This document shows, in pieces, positions 30,210-40,003 of a stretch of 64,000 nt of DNA (within the stretch, counting starts at the first letter, position 1; each line of letters opens with the position of its first letter). The stretch is from contig OY970208.1 in assembly GCA_963713865.1 (NCBI GenBank), positions 672,001-736,000 of the forward strand, given 5' to 3'. The translations under genes were made by a program, and so were the position numbers. The DNA is from an uncultured candidate division Zixibacteria bacterium (lineage in GTDB: Bacteria; Zixibacteria; MSB-5A5; RBG-16-43-9). The notes beneath the pieces are model-generated. The model was given only the letters and a program-made list of their open reading frames with translations, made no database searches and was not told where the DNA came from.

Positions 30210-31175
30210 TTATTTCTTCCTCAAAAAATCCAACAGATTTTTCATATCCTCTGGCAATTCCGATTCAAATTCCATATATTTTTCAGTTCTCGGATGAACA
30301 AAACCGATTTTTTTTGCATGCAGGGCTTGTCGGTCTATTAATTTCAAGACCTGATTAGCTTGAGTCTGCAAACTTTCCTTTATCATTCCAAGATGCTTTT
30401 TCCTGCCACCATATTCCGGATCGCCCATAATCGGGTGGTTCAGAAACAAAAAATGGACCCTGATCTGATGAGTCCTTCCGGTTTTTAACTTTATGCGGAG
30501 ACGATCTCCGAGTGGAAATCTTTCCAGTACTTCATATTCGGTAATAGCCTCCCTACCGTCTTTTCTTAACACAACCATTTTCTTCCGGTCCTTTACCGAT
30601 CTACCGATCAGAGTCTCAATTATACCCCTTTCCTTGGTGATATTACCCCAGCAGAATGCTGCATATTCTCTGGTTAGAGTTCTTTCTTTAAGTTGAGCGA
30701 CCAAACCATTATGGGCATAATCGTTTTTAGCCACAACTAAAAGTCCGGAGGTATTCTTATCCAGGCGATGGACAATACCTGGACGCAAAACCCCGTTTAT
30801 CCCAGATAAATCTTTGCAGTGAAATAAAAGGGCATTGACTAAAGTATCTTTATAATTCCCGGCAGCAGGATGAATCACCATCCCGACAACTTTGTTCACC
30901 ACCAAAAGGTCTTTATCCTCATAAACAATATCTAAGGGTATATCCTGTGGCTCCAAAGATAATTTCTCGAGTGGTGGAATCTGAATGGAGATTTTCTCTT
31001 CGCCTTTTATCTTGTAATGCGATTTAACCATTCTATCCTGAACTAAAATCTTCCCTTCTTTGATCAACTTCTGAATCCGGGAGCGGGAGAGACCAAGCTC
31101 TTTCTCAGACAAGAATATATCTAACCTTTTGCCTTTATCCTCTGGTGCGGTTATTAATTTAAGAAGCTCATCCAT
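30210..31175 (-). CDS. rluD: RluA-family pseudouridine synthase (RluD-like)
   Basis: S4 domain RLD, GIVHRLDKNTSG, GRTHQIRVH, RQALHA. Confidence 0.93.
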   Translation of the reverse strand: MDELLKLITAPEDKGKRLDIFLSEKELGLSRSRIQKLIKEGKILVQDRMVKSHYKIKGEEKISIQIPPLEKLSLEPQDIPLDIVYEDKDLLVVNKVVGMVIHPAAGNYKDTLVNALLFHCKDLSGINGVLRPGIVHRLDKNTSGLLVVAKNDYAHNGLVAQLKERTLTREYAAFCWGNITKERGIIETLIGRSVKDRKKMVVLRKDGREAITEYEVLERFPLGDRLRIKLKTGRTHQIRVHFLFLNHPIMGDPEYGGRKKHLGMIKESLQTQANQVLKLIDRQALHAKKIGFVHPRTEKYMEFESELPEDMKNLLDFLRKK

Positions 31176-31440
31176 TTAATTTTCACTGGAGTGTAAAGCC
31201 ATCAAGGTCTTGTCCACAGGATCCTGGTGAAGACTTTAGCTTTACAATTTTCTTATTATCTTTTATAAACCTAAAAGTTTATACTCCACCCTCTGGTAGC
31301 GTCCTTTTTCTGTGGTGACGATATACGTTTTTCGTCGTTGCGAGGAGTCCCGCCTTTGGCGTGACGACGAAGCAATCCGTACCTCATTGCGTGAACAGAT
31401 TGCTTCGCAATGACAACTCAAATCTGCTTCGTCTGCTCCA

Positions 31441-31965
31441 TCAATCAGGTGTGAATGCTCCTTTCCGGGGTCTTATCACATACCACAAAATCAATAACAT
31501 TCCTATCGTTACTGCGCCATCTGCAACATTAAAGACTGGCCAGCGGTCTAAATAAATGCCTGAGAAGTTTATATATCCGAATTTAATCGGGGGTATTCGA
31601 ATATCGAAAAAATCAAAATCCAAAAAATCCAATACCTCGCCATATCTGAAGCGGTCTATAAGATTTCCTAAAGCCCCTCCTAAGATCAGGGGAAAAGTAA
31701 AATGTAAAAATTTTTCCTCTTTCTTGCTTTTGAAATAAAACCAGACCGCTACGATTATTGCTAAAACCGAGAGGATGGTATAGAAGATATTGCTGCCTAA
31801 CTTAGTTCCAAAAGCCCCACCGGGATTTAAAACATAGGTTAACCTAAAAAAATTGCCCAAAACCGGGATGGACTCACCCATTTTCATAGATGAGGACACC
31901 ACAGTCTTGGACAATTGATCCAAAACCAATACCAACAGGCTAAACCATAAAAATTTTTTTCCCAA
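31441..31965 (-). CDS. lspA: Lipoprotein signal peptidase II
   Basis: DQLSK, NPGGAFG, GALGNLIDR, V.DF, WPVFNVAD. Confidence 0.96.
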   Translation of the reverse strand: MGKKFLWFSLLVLVLDQLSKTVVSSSMKMGESIPVLGNFFRLTYVLNPGGAFGTKLGSNIFYTILSVLAIIVAVWFYFKSKKEEKFLHFTFPLILGGALGNLIDRFRYGEVLDFLDFDFFDIRIPPIKFGYINFSGIYLDRWPVFNVADGAVTIGMLLILWYVIRPRKGAFTPD

Positions 31966-31984
31966 TTCCTAAAAGCTAAAAAGA

Positions 31985-32374
31985 CTATTCGCTCTCCACC
32001 AGTTTCTTCTTCTCTTCCTTAGCCTTGCAATTGATACAGAGCCGTGCATGAGGGACTGCTTCTAATCTGGTCGTATTTATCTCCTGATCACATTCCTGAC
32101 ACTTGCCGTAAGTTTTGTCTTTTATGCGGCGCAGAGCCTCGTCGATGTGATAGAGCAGTCTTCCGTTCTTGGAGGCGAAAAGAAACGCCTTTTCCCTTTC
32201 CATGGCATCGGTTCCCTGATCAGCCATATGATAGGAATAAGAGGACAGGTCTCCGGTGGAGTCCTTAATAGTTGTATCCAGAGCCTCCTTCTTCAAAAAA
32301 CCCATCTCCGCTATCAGCTCAGCCCTTTTAGCCAGAAGGAGCTTCTCGTATTTTTCCAGATCTTTTTTCTTCAT
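31985..32374 (-). CDS. TraR/DksA C4 zinc-finger protein
   Basis: HMADQGTD, EALRRI...TYG.C..C...I...RLEAVP.ARLC..C. Confidence 0.92.
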   Translation of the reverse strand: MKKKDLEKYEKLLLAKRAELIAEMGFLKKEALDTTIKDSTGDLSSYSYHMADQGTDAMEREKAFLFASKNGRLLYHIDEALRRIKDKTYGKCQECDQEINTTRLEAVPHARLCINCKAKEEKKKLVESE

Positions 32375-32377
32375 AAT

Positions 32378-35300
32378 TTAGATCCTGGTTACAGAGATTT
32401 CTGCTTTTTCTCCATTTATATCCCATTCTAAGGTGAGTTCTCCTTTCTCTCCCTTGTGGGATATAACCTTGGCTAAAGTCTCCTTTTTTATATAATCCTC
32501 AAAAGATTTTATAGCCTTTTCTAATCTTTCGGTTCCAATTATATTAACTTTAATCCGATCCATAACCTGAAATCCGGCCTGTCTCCTCATATTCTGTATC
32601 TTGTTCACTAACTCCCGGGCAAAACCCTCATCTTTTAAAGCCTCATTGATATACGTATCAATCCCTACTTTGTATCCATCTCCGGACTCAACTAAAAGAC
32701 CTTCTTTCTCTTTTTCTTCCAATTCCAGATCCTCTAAGGAAAGCTCAATCTTTTCACCTTCTGATTCTACCTGAATTTTTTCCTGAGCTTTCAGCTCCTT
32801 CAGCTTCTCAGAACTTAAAGACCGTATAAGCTCAACCACCTGATTTACTTTCTTCCCGAACTTCGGACCCAGGCACTGGAACTTAGGCTTGGCTTTATAA
32901 TCGACCAGAAATAGTTCATCCTGAACCAGGTTTATATGTTTAATATTTATTTCCTCAGAAATCAAGAGTAAAATTGGCTCAAGCTCATCTTTTTTTGCCC
33001 GCGGAGGGATTAATACGAACATCTTCTCCAAAGGCTGTCTTATCTTTATTCCAGCCCTGTTCCTTCCGGCACGGGCTAAGGATGCGATGATCCTGGCCTT
33101 GTCCATCCTCTCCTCTAATTTGAGATCGATTAACTTCTCCTTATAATCGGGGTAATCCTCTAAATGAACGCTTTCATGAGTGCTATCAAACCTTCCAGCT
33201 AATTCTTGAAAGAGCTCCTCTGAGATAAAGGGAACAAAAGGAGCAATCAATTTAGTCAAGCTTACCAGAACCTCCCAGAGAGTTTGATAAGCACAATATT
33301 TATTTGAATCCAATCCGGATTGCCAGAACCTTTTGCGGTTTCTTCTCACATACCAGTTAGATAAATCCTCGATCACGAACTCCTGTATCTTCCTGGATGT
33401 CCTGGTAATATCATAATTATCTAAATCTGCTATCACTTCTCTGGTCAAAGAATTAAGTTTGGAGATAATCCACCTGTCGATCTCCGGACGATTCTTTACC
33501 TCGATTTTTTCCTTTTCAGGCTCGAACTTATCAATGTTAGCATAAAGGGCAAAGAAGGAATAGGTATTCCTCAGGGTGCTCAAGAATTTCCTTTCGACTT
33601 CCGTTACCCCCTCCATATCAAAACGGGTAGGAAGCCAGGGCTGGCTTACCCAGACCAGATACCATCTTAAGGCATCTGCTCCTTGATTATTCAGCACGTC
33701 CCAGGGATCAACCACGTTCCCGATATGTTTGCTCATCTTCTGCCCTTCTTTATCCTGTATGAACTCGATAACGATAACGTTCTTATAAGCCGGCTGGTCA
33801 AAAAGGAAGGTAGATATGGCTAAAAGTGAATAAAACCATCCACGGGTCTGATCTATGGCCTCGCTTATAAACTCAGCCGGGAACATCTCCTTAAAATATT
33901 CTTTATTCTCAAAGGGATAATGAAACTGGGCATAAGGCATAGAGCCGGAATCAAACCAGCAGTCGATAACCTCAGGCGTCCTTTTCATTAAACCCTTACA
34001 TTTCGGGCAGGTTAAAGTTATTCCGTCTATCATCGGCTTGTGCAAATCTAATCCTTCAGGAACCTCTTTGCTCAAATCCTTTAATTCCTGAATACTGGCA
34101 ACAGATTTCTCCTCACCACATTTCTGGCAGATCCAGATATTCAGGGGGGTTCCCCAGAACCTTTCTCTGGAGAGTGCCCAGTCGACGTTATTCTCCAGCC
34201 ACTCCCCAAACCTCCCTTCTTTGATCTCCTCCGGATACCAGTTTATCTTCTTATTATTAGAAATCAATTTATCTTTATAAGCAGTGGTCTTGATGTACCA
34301 GGATTTACGCGCATAATAAATTAAAGGGGAATCACATCTCCAGCAGAAAGGATAGGTATGCAGGTATTTTCCAGAATAGTAAAGGATTCCTCTTTTTTTC
34401 AAATCCTCCAGGATCAAAGGGTCAGCATCTTTTACAAATTTACCTTTCCAGGGGGTCACTTCATCTGTAAAACTTCCGGTAGAATCCACTGGTTGGACTA
34501 AAGGCAGGTTGTAAACTATTGATAAGTTGTAATCATCCGCTCCAAAAGCTGGTGCAATATGCACAATCCCGGTTCCATCTTCAGTGGTAACAAAATCAGC
34601 CAAACAGACATAGAACGCTTTTTTCCGGTCTAATTTCGCATATTCAAACAGTGGGAAATACCTTATCTTTTCTAAGTCTTTCCCCTTAAACTCTTCTAAG
34701 ATTTTATATTCACCTCGAATGACTTTATCTAAAAGTGGTTTTGCCAGGATTAATTTATCTCCTTTATGTTCGATTTTAACATAATCGACATCCGGATGAA
34801 CTGCTAAGGCAACATTGGAAATCAAAGTCCAGGGTGTAGTAGTCCAGACCAAGAAATAGGTGTCCTCAAACTCCTCCAATCTTATTTTCACAAAAACCGA
34901 AGGATCTTCTACTTCTTCATAACCCTGGGCAACCTCATGGCTGGAAAGGGTTGTGCCGCACCTGGGGCAGTAAGGAACGATCTTGTGTCCTTTATAGATT
35001 AACCCTTTCTTATAATACTCTGATAAAATCCACCAGACCGATTCTATATATTCATTGGTATAGGTGATATAGGCATCTTTTAAATCCAGCCAGTAACCGA
35101 TCCTCTCGGTCAGCTCATCCCAGTCCTTTAAATACCTGAAAACGCTTTCCTTGCATTTAGCGTTGAAATTCTCAATCCCGTATTTTTCAACATCCTCCTT
35201 GGTTTTTAAACCTAATTCCTTTTCAACTTCAATCTCCACTGGAAGGCCATGCGTATCCCAGCCAGCTTTCCTATCCACCCTGTATCCCCGCATAGTCTTG

Positions 35301-35515
35301 TATCTACAGATCAAATCTTTTATGGTCCGGGAGATAACATGATGAACCCCTGGTTTTCCATTGGCAGTAGGCGGACCTTCATAGAACACGAATTTTGGAG
35401 AATCCTTCCTTTTCTGGATGCTCTTTTCAAAGATTTTATTCTCCTTCCAGAAGGATAAAATCCTTTTCTCCATCTCCGGATAGTTAAAATCTTCCTTTAT
35501 CTCTTTAAATGCCAC
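32378..35515 (-). CDS. ileS: Isoleucine--tRNA ligase, type 2
   Basis: FYEGPPTANG, GWDTHGLPVE, WTTTPWTL, SRERFWGTP, DQTRGWF, KMSKH; long IleRS2 C-terminus without a zinc finger. Confidence 0.98.
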   Translation of the reverse strand: MAFKEIKEDFNYPEMEKRILSFWKENKIFEKSIQKRKDSPKFVFYEGPPTANGKPGVHHVISRTIKDLICRYKTMRGYRVDRKAGWDTHGLPVEIEVEKELGLKTKEDVEKYGIENFNAKCKESVFRYLKDWDELTERIGYWLDLKDAYITYTNEYIESVWWILSEYYKKGLIYKGHKIVPYCPRCGTTLSSHEVAQGYEEVEDPSVFVKIRLEEFEDTYFLVWTTTPWTLISNVALAVHPDVDYVKIEHKGDKLILAKPLLDKVIRGEYKILEEFKGKDLEKIRYFPLFEYAKLDRKKAFYVCLADFVTTEDGTGIVHIAPAFGADDYNLSIVYNLPLVQPVDSTGSFTDEVTPWKGKFVKDADPLILEDLKKRGILYYSGKYLHTYPFCWRCDSPLIYYARKSWYIKTTAYKDKLISNNKKINWYPEEIKEGRFGEWLENNVDWALSRERFWGTPLNIWICQKCGEEKSVASIQELKDLSKEVPEGLDLHKPMIDGITLTCPKCKGLMKRTPEVIDCWFDSGSMPYAQFHYPFENKEYFKEMFPAEFISEAIDQTRGWFYSLLAISTFLFDQPAYKNVIVIEFIQDKEGQKMSKHIGNVVDPWDVLNNQGADALRWYLVWVSQPWLPTRFDMEGVTEVERKFLSTLRNTYSFFALYANIDKFEPEKEKIEVKNRPEIDRWIISKLNSLTREVIADLDNYDITRTSRKIQEFVIEDLSNWYVRRNRKRFWQSGLDSNKYCAYQTLWEVLVSLTKLIAPFVPFISEELFQELAGRFDSTHESVHLEDYPDYKEKLIDLKLEERMDKARIIASLARAGRNRAGIKIRQPLEKMFVLIPPRAKKDELEPILLLISEEINIKHINLVQDELFLVDYKAKPKFQCLGPKFGKKVNQVVELIRSLSSEKLKELKAQEKIQVESEGEKIELSLEDLELEEKEKEGLLVESGDGYKVGIDTYINEALKDEGFARELVNKIQNMRRQAGFQVMDRIKVNIIGTERLEKAIKSFEDYIKKETLAKVISHKGEKGELTLEWDINGEKAEISVTRI

Positions 35516-35537
35516 TTTGTATCACCTCAAGTTTATT

Positions 35538-35592
35538 ATATACGCAAATTTCATTGTCCTAAGTTGCACAAGTGAAACTTATTACAGGGTAA
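35538..35592. repeat. 55-bp direct repeat, copy A (diverged duplicate of the CDF gene 3' end)
   Basis: 47/55 identical by manual alignment to 37131-37185. Confidence 0.85.
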
Positions 35593-35593
35593 C

Positions 35594-35681
35594 CGCTCCC
35601 TGCATAAAAGAAGTTCCGCCGAAAACGGAATTTGGGTGAAGGTGCGAAGCACAAACACCGTGTTAGCTGAAGTATTTTTAA
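35594..35681 (-). other. Remnant attC-like site downstream of the HNH gene
   Basis: Minus-strand AGCTAAC (R''-like) followed by hairpins; 35662-35681 is an 18/20 inverted repeat of 37042-37061. Confidence 0.6.
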
Positions 35682-35694
35682 TTTTCACTTTTCT

Positions 35695-37026
35695 TTAATA
35701 AATTGTATCCAATTTGCCTAAATTACATTCTTTACAAAGTGTCTGTAGATTATCAAAAGTTGTTTCTCCTCCATTTGAATATGGTATTTTATGGTCAATC
35801 TGTAATTCAATTTCAGGTGGTTTTCTTCCACATATCACACACATAAATTTATCTCTCTGCAAAACTCTAAAACGTAATCGAGGAGATGGAATCCTGGGAG
35901 TTTTCATTTCAATAATTTGAGTTTCTCCAGTTTTTTTTGCTTCAGTTGTTCCCTTTTGGGTTATCAAAGGGGTTACTTCTTGCTTATCCTCTTCAATATT
36001 CGTTTTAAACTCTTTATTTTCTGTATGCTCCTCATAATCACCTTTACGGTCATCAACAAATGAATAAATTGCTTTCGTCCAGCTTCCAAATTTCTTTGCA
36101 AAAACACTCCGTGAAATTTGGCTATATTGATTCATTTCCCTCCATGTTGGCTGTCTTCCAAGCTTTTCCCAAATTCTTTGTAACTCAGAAAAAAGTTCCT
36201 CTCGTGAGTATTTTACATGACCGTCTTTCATACCAATCTTTTTTACGGCATTTTCCCAGCTACCAAAATGATTTTGAAAAGTTCCAATAGAATATTTGCC
36301 TCCATATTTTTTATAAGCTGAAAACTTCAATACCTTTAATTTATTTTTTTCAGCTATTGTCTTTAATTGGGATAATAATAATTCAGGTGTAGCTTGACCT
36401 ACCAATCCTTTTATATCATAACCAAATTTTAAACAAAATACTTCTACTGATTTTTTCCATGTTCCAAATTTTCGCTCGTAAACCCTCATGCTTATATTAC
36501 TATTATCTCTAAATTCATCATAGGAAGGGCGTCTGCCGAACTTACCCCATACTCTTGACATTTCTAAAAATAATTCTTCTTCTGTAAATCCCCTTGGCTT
36601 AGGTTTAATAATTTTAATAATCTTTGGCTGTTTTTTCAAAGATAAAACATTTTCTAACAGGTTCTGCCAGGAATTATGCCCTAAACGCTTTTTTAATGTT
36701 TCTACGCTATATTTTCCACCATTCTTAACATAGAAAGTCTGAGTAAAATACTTTCCTTGATTTAAGTCCTTTATTTTATTTAAATCTTTTGTCAAATCTA
36801 TCGAGTTAATTGGTCCTCTCTCATATGGAAACCCACCTTTTTTCATTGCCTCTGGCCAAGAACCAAAGCGCTTGATTATAGTACTCGTATGAACTCTTGA
36901 ATACCTATTAAAATCCCCTGTCTTTGGGGCTTTATTCATAAAATATGTAGATACTACTCTCTTAATTTCAGCGATTATTGCTTCATCGCTATAATTTGTT
37001 AAACGATTTGGTTCGAAATTATTCAT
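35695..37026 (-). CDS. HNH endonuclease with homing-endonuclease-associated repeats
   Basis: About five repeats ending (F/L)G.W..(A/S/L); C-terminal LRFRVL.RD.F.C..CG...LQIDH.IP.S.GG....NLQTLC..CN..K. Confidence 0.9.
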   Translation of the reverse strand: MNNFEPNRLTNYSDEAIIAEIKRVVSTYFMNKAPKTGDFNRYSRVHTSTIIKRFGSWPEAMKKGGFPYERGPINSIDLTKDLNKIKDLNQGKYFTQTFYVKNGGKYSVETLKKRLGHNSWQNLLENVLSLKKQPKIIKIIKPKPRGFTEEELFLEMSRVWGKFGRRPSYDEFRDNSNISMRVYERKFGTWKKSVEVFCLKFGYDIKGLVGQATPELLLSQLKTIAEKNKLKVLKFSAYKKYGGKYSIGTFQNHFGSWENAVKKIGMKDGHVKYSREELFSELQRIWEKLGRQPTWREMNQYSQISRSVFAKKFGSWTKAIYSFVDDRKGDYEEHTENKEFKTNIEEDKQEVTPLITQKGTTEAKKTGETQIIEMKTPRIPSPRLRFRVLQRDKFMCVICGRKPPEIELQIDHKIPYSNGGETTFDNLQTLCKECNLGKLDTIY

Positions 37027-37079
37027 TGCAATTTTTTCAATTTAAAAATATTTCCGCTAACTTGTTCATCTCTGCATTG

Positions 37080-37106
37080 CCGATAAAAGCCTTACGGTTC
37101 GTAGAG
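37080..37106 (+). repeat. 27-bp micro-element copy 3
   Basis: CCGATAAAAGCCTTACGGTTCGTAGAG. Confidence 0.9.
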
Positions 37107-37143
37107 CGAATATTATCCCATTTTAGGGGCATATACGCAATTT

Positions 37144-38049
37144 TCATTCTCCTAAGTTGCATACTGGAAACTTACTACAGGCTAAACATTCCAACTGCAA
37201 AGTGGTATGGGTAATGCCAAACTTCTCCTGCAAAATTCTATTTGCCTCTTTTAACATCTGGTCGCTTTTGCTCACCATCTGGTCCTCTATAACTAAATGC
37301 CCGGATAAAGCGTAGATCCCTGAAGATATAGTCCAGAGATGCAAATCATGCACATCCTTAACTCCTTTGATCTTCTTGATCTCCCCAGCGATAGTTTCCG
37401 CATTCAGATGTTTAGGAACCGCCTCCAAGAGTATATTACTTGACTCGGTAATCAAACCTATAGCCCCTCTCAAGATTATTCCGCCGATCAAAATTGCAAC
37501 AATCGGGTCAATTAAATAGAATTTAGTAAAAAATATAATTATCCCTGCTACTATTACTCCGATCGAAGACAAGGCGTCCCCTAAGATATGCAAGAATGCT
37601 CCTCTGATATTCAGATTACCCCTGCTTGAGCCTTTTAATATTAAGATCCCAATTATATTTACCACAAGCCCTAAGGTTGCAACTCCTAACATCAAAGGTG
37701 CTTTTATCTGCGGAGGGGCAAGAAAGCGTCTATAAGCTTCATAGAATATGTATCCAGAAATAAAAATCAAGGTTACTCCATTCAAAAGGGCAACTAAGAT
37801 TTCCGTTCTGTGAAATCCGTAGGTTCTCCTGGCATCTGCCGGTCTTCTGGATAATTTTAAAGCAAAAAAACTCAAAGCCAGGGCTAAAGTATCGGTGAGC
37901 ATATGCCCGGCATCACCGATTAGGGACAAACTACCGGATAATATCCCACCCAGAAACTCCACTAAGGTCATCAGTGCAGTTAATAATAGAGGAATTACTA
38001 AAACCTTTGGCTCAGGTTTGAAATTATTGTTGTGATTATGCTCAGACAT
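37144..38049 (-). CDS. Cation diffusion facilitator (CzcD/ZitB-like)
   Basis: SL.L..DAGHMLTD, TYGFHR.E, N.RGAFLH.LGD, VHDLHLW, HTTLQLE; start ATG 38049. Confidence 0.93.
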   Translation of the reverse strand: MSEHNHNNNFKPEPKVLVIPLLLTALMTLVEFLGGILSGSLSLIGDAGHMLTDTLALALSFFALKLSRRPADARRTYGFHRTEILVALLNGVTLIFISGYIFYEAYRRFLAPPQIKAPLMLGVATLGLVVNIIGILILKGSSRGNLNIRGAFLHILGDALSSIGVIVAGIIIFFTKFYLIDPIVAILIGGIILRGAIGLITESSNILLEAVPKHLNAETIAGEIKKIKGVKDVHDLHLWTISSGIYALSGHLVIEDQMVSKSDQMLKEANRILQEKFGITHTTLQLECLACSKFPVCNLGE

Positions 38050-38078
38050 ATTGATCTTTCGTAGCGTCCTCACTTTTT

Positions 38079-38173
38079 GTCATTGCGAGGAGTCCACAGG
38101 ACGACGAAGCAATCCGTCCCTCACAGAGTAAACAGATTGCTTCGTCTCGCCTTTGTGGCGGACTCGCAATGAC
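38079..38173. repeat. GTCATTGCGAG...CTCGCAATGAC REP-like element
   Basis: Related copies near 15609, 30152 and 31335. Confidence 0.8.
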
Positions 38174-38239
38174 AAGAGAAGATGATAGCCGCAACCTTTA
38201 GGTTGCGTAAATCCTGATTTCGCAGGCTTAAGCCTGCGG

Positions 38240-39067
38240 CTACCACTTCAACTCCTCAACCACCTTAACTATAATCTTCTTCAGATTTGGCTCAGCCTTA
38301 TTGGCTGTAGCTATTATCTCCTCTAAATTTGTCGGCTTTAAAGCATCTGGTAGCCCCATATCCGTGACAATCGAAAAACCCAGAACCTTCATTCCCTGAT
38401 GCCTTGCTACTATAACCTCAGGCACAGTTGACATCCCAACCACATCTGCTCCAGTTCCTCTTAAAAATCTATATTCAGCTGCAGTTTCCAAATTAGGTCC
38501 GGCTACTGATACATAAACCCCTTTTTGCAATTTTGTGCCTAATTTCAATGCACAATTTTCTGCTAAAGCGATCAATTCTTTATCATAGCAGTTATACATA
38601 TCCGGGAACCTTGGACCTAAAAACTCATCATTTGGACCAATCAGAGGATTACTCCCTAAAAGATTTATATGGTCAGAAATAACCATTATATCTCCAGCTT
38701 TATATTGAGGATTCAATCCTCCGCAGGCATTAGAGACAATCAAAAGCTCAATCCCAAGGGCTTTCATCACCCGTAAGGGGAAGGTTACCTGCTGCATTGT
38801 ATAACCTTCATAATAATGGAACCTCCCCTGCATAGCTAAAACCTTTTTATCTGAGATTTTGCCAAATAAAAGCCTTCCAAAGTGGCTTTCCACAGTTGAG
38901 ACCGGGAAATGGGGAATGTCCTGGTAATCTATCTTATGTTCTACTTTAATCCCTTCAGCTAAGGAACCCAGCCCTGTGCCCAGGATAATCCCTATCCGGG
39001 GCTTGTAATCTGCTTTTTTTAGAATAAAATCTTTTGCCTGTTTGATTTTTTCTTTCAGGTTTTCCAT
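38240..39067 (-). CDS. Purine nucleoside phosphorylase (trimeric type)
   Basis: ILGTGLG, GRFHYYEG, NACGG, RFPDM, GPNLETAAE, VGMSTVPE. Confidence 0.95.
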   Translation of the reverse strand: MENLKEKIKQAKDFILKKADYKPRIGIILGTGLGSLAEGIKVEHKIDYQDIPHFPVSTVESHFGRLLFGKISDKKVLAMQGRFHYYEGYTMQQVTFPLRVMKALGIELLIVSNACGGLNPQYKAGDIMVISDHINLLGSNPLIGPNDEFLGPRFPDMYNCYDKELIALAENCALKLGTKLQKGVYVSVAGPNLETAAEYRFLRGTGADVVGMSTVPEVIVARHQGMKVLGFSIVTDMGLPDALKPTNLEEIIATANKAEPNLKKIIVKVVEELKW

Positions 39068-39301
39068 TATTTACATCCGTTTTTTAAGATTCAAATTTCT
39101 TTCTAAGGTAGCGTACCCACTCTCGTCCTGCGGATCCGTTAATAGGATGAGGACGAGCATATTTCCCCTCCCTTGATGGGAGGGGATGAAGGGGAGGGTG
39201 AGATTATTTTTATTCCCCTCTCCCTAACCCTCTCCCACAAGGGGAGAGGGAATCATATCTCCGCTACCAGAGCAAGCCCTTGTTGGGCACGAGTGGCATC
39301 G

Positions 39302-39856
39302 CTACCGTCTATCTCCTCTAAAATTTTCCTTCTTTTCAAACTGGTCAATCACCTTTTCCATCTCCTCATCTGATAAATCTTTTCTCTTTTCAGACCGAGA
39401 TCCATCAGAGGATTCCTCTAAGCCCTCTAAAAGACTTTTATGCAGATCAAGCATAGATTTAACCTTCAGGAGATACCCATCCTTCAGGTTTTTTAACTCA
39501 TAAATCCCCCTCTTAAGATCGGACAGCTTCAAATTCGATTCCTCTAATAACCTCTGGCTTTTAAGCTTTGCCTCCCGGATTAATAGTTCAGCTTCCTTTT
39601 CTGCGTTTTTCTTAAGCTCGTCTGCACTTTTCTGAGTGGTGAGGATGACATTCTGAAGAGTCTCTTCCATATTCCTGTATTCGGAAAGCTTGTTTTCAAA
39701 GGAGGAAAGCTTCTCCTTTAAAAGATTAATTTCTTTTGTCCCCTCCTCAATCTCTCCTGCTAATATCTCTAAGAAACCATCCACCTCTAAGGGGTCATAC
39801 CCCTTAAATTTCTTTTTAAACTTCTGATTCTTTACTTCAAAAGCTGTTATCTTCAT
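39302..39856 (-). CDS. DivIVA-domain protein
   Basis: F.KKFKGYD..EVD.FL followed by a coiled coil; next to yggS. Confidence 0.92.
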   Translation of the reverse strand: MKITAFEVKNQKFKKKFKGYDPLEVDGFLEILAGEIEEGTKEINLLKEKLSSFENKLSEYRNMEETLQNVILTTQKSADELKKNAEKEAELLIREAKLKSQRLLEESNLKLSDLKRGIYELKNLKDGYLLKVKSMLDLHKSLLEGLEESSDGSRSEKRKDLSDEEMEKVIDQFEKKENFRGDRR

Positions 39857-40003
39857 CTTTCACCTCCGGGATTTACTTGGGCTGTCATTGCGAGTCCGCC
39901 AAAGGCGGGTCATTCTGAGTCCGCAGGACGAAGAATCTTCATTTGAATCAACGAGATTCTTCGGTCGTCTCGCTAAAGGCGGACTCCCTCAGAATGACAG
40001 GTT

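Noticed and set aside
35516-35694. T-box leader upstream of ileS
   Set aside because: No T-box consensus seen; the region is explained by the direct repeat and the attC remnant.
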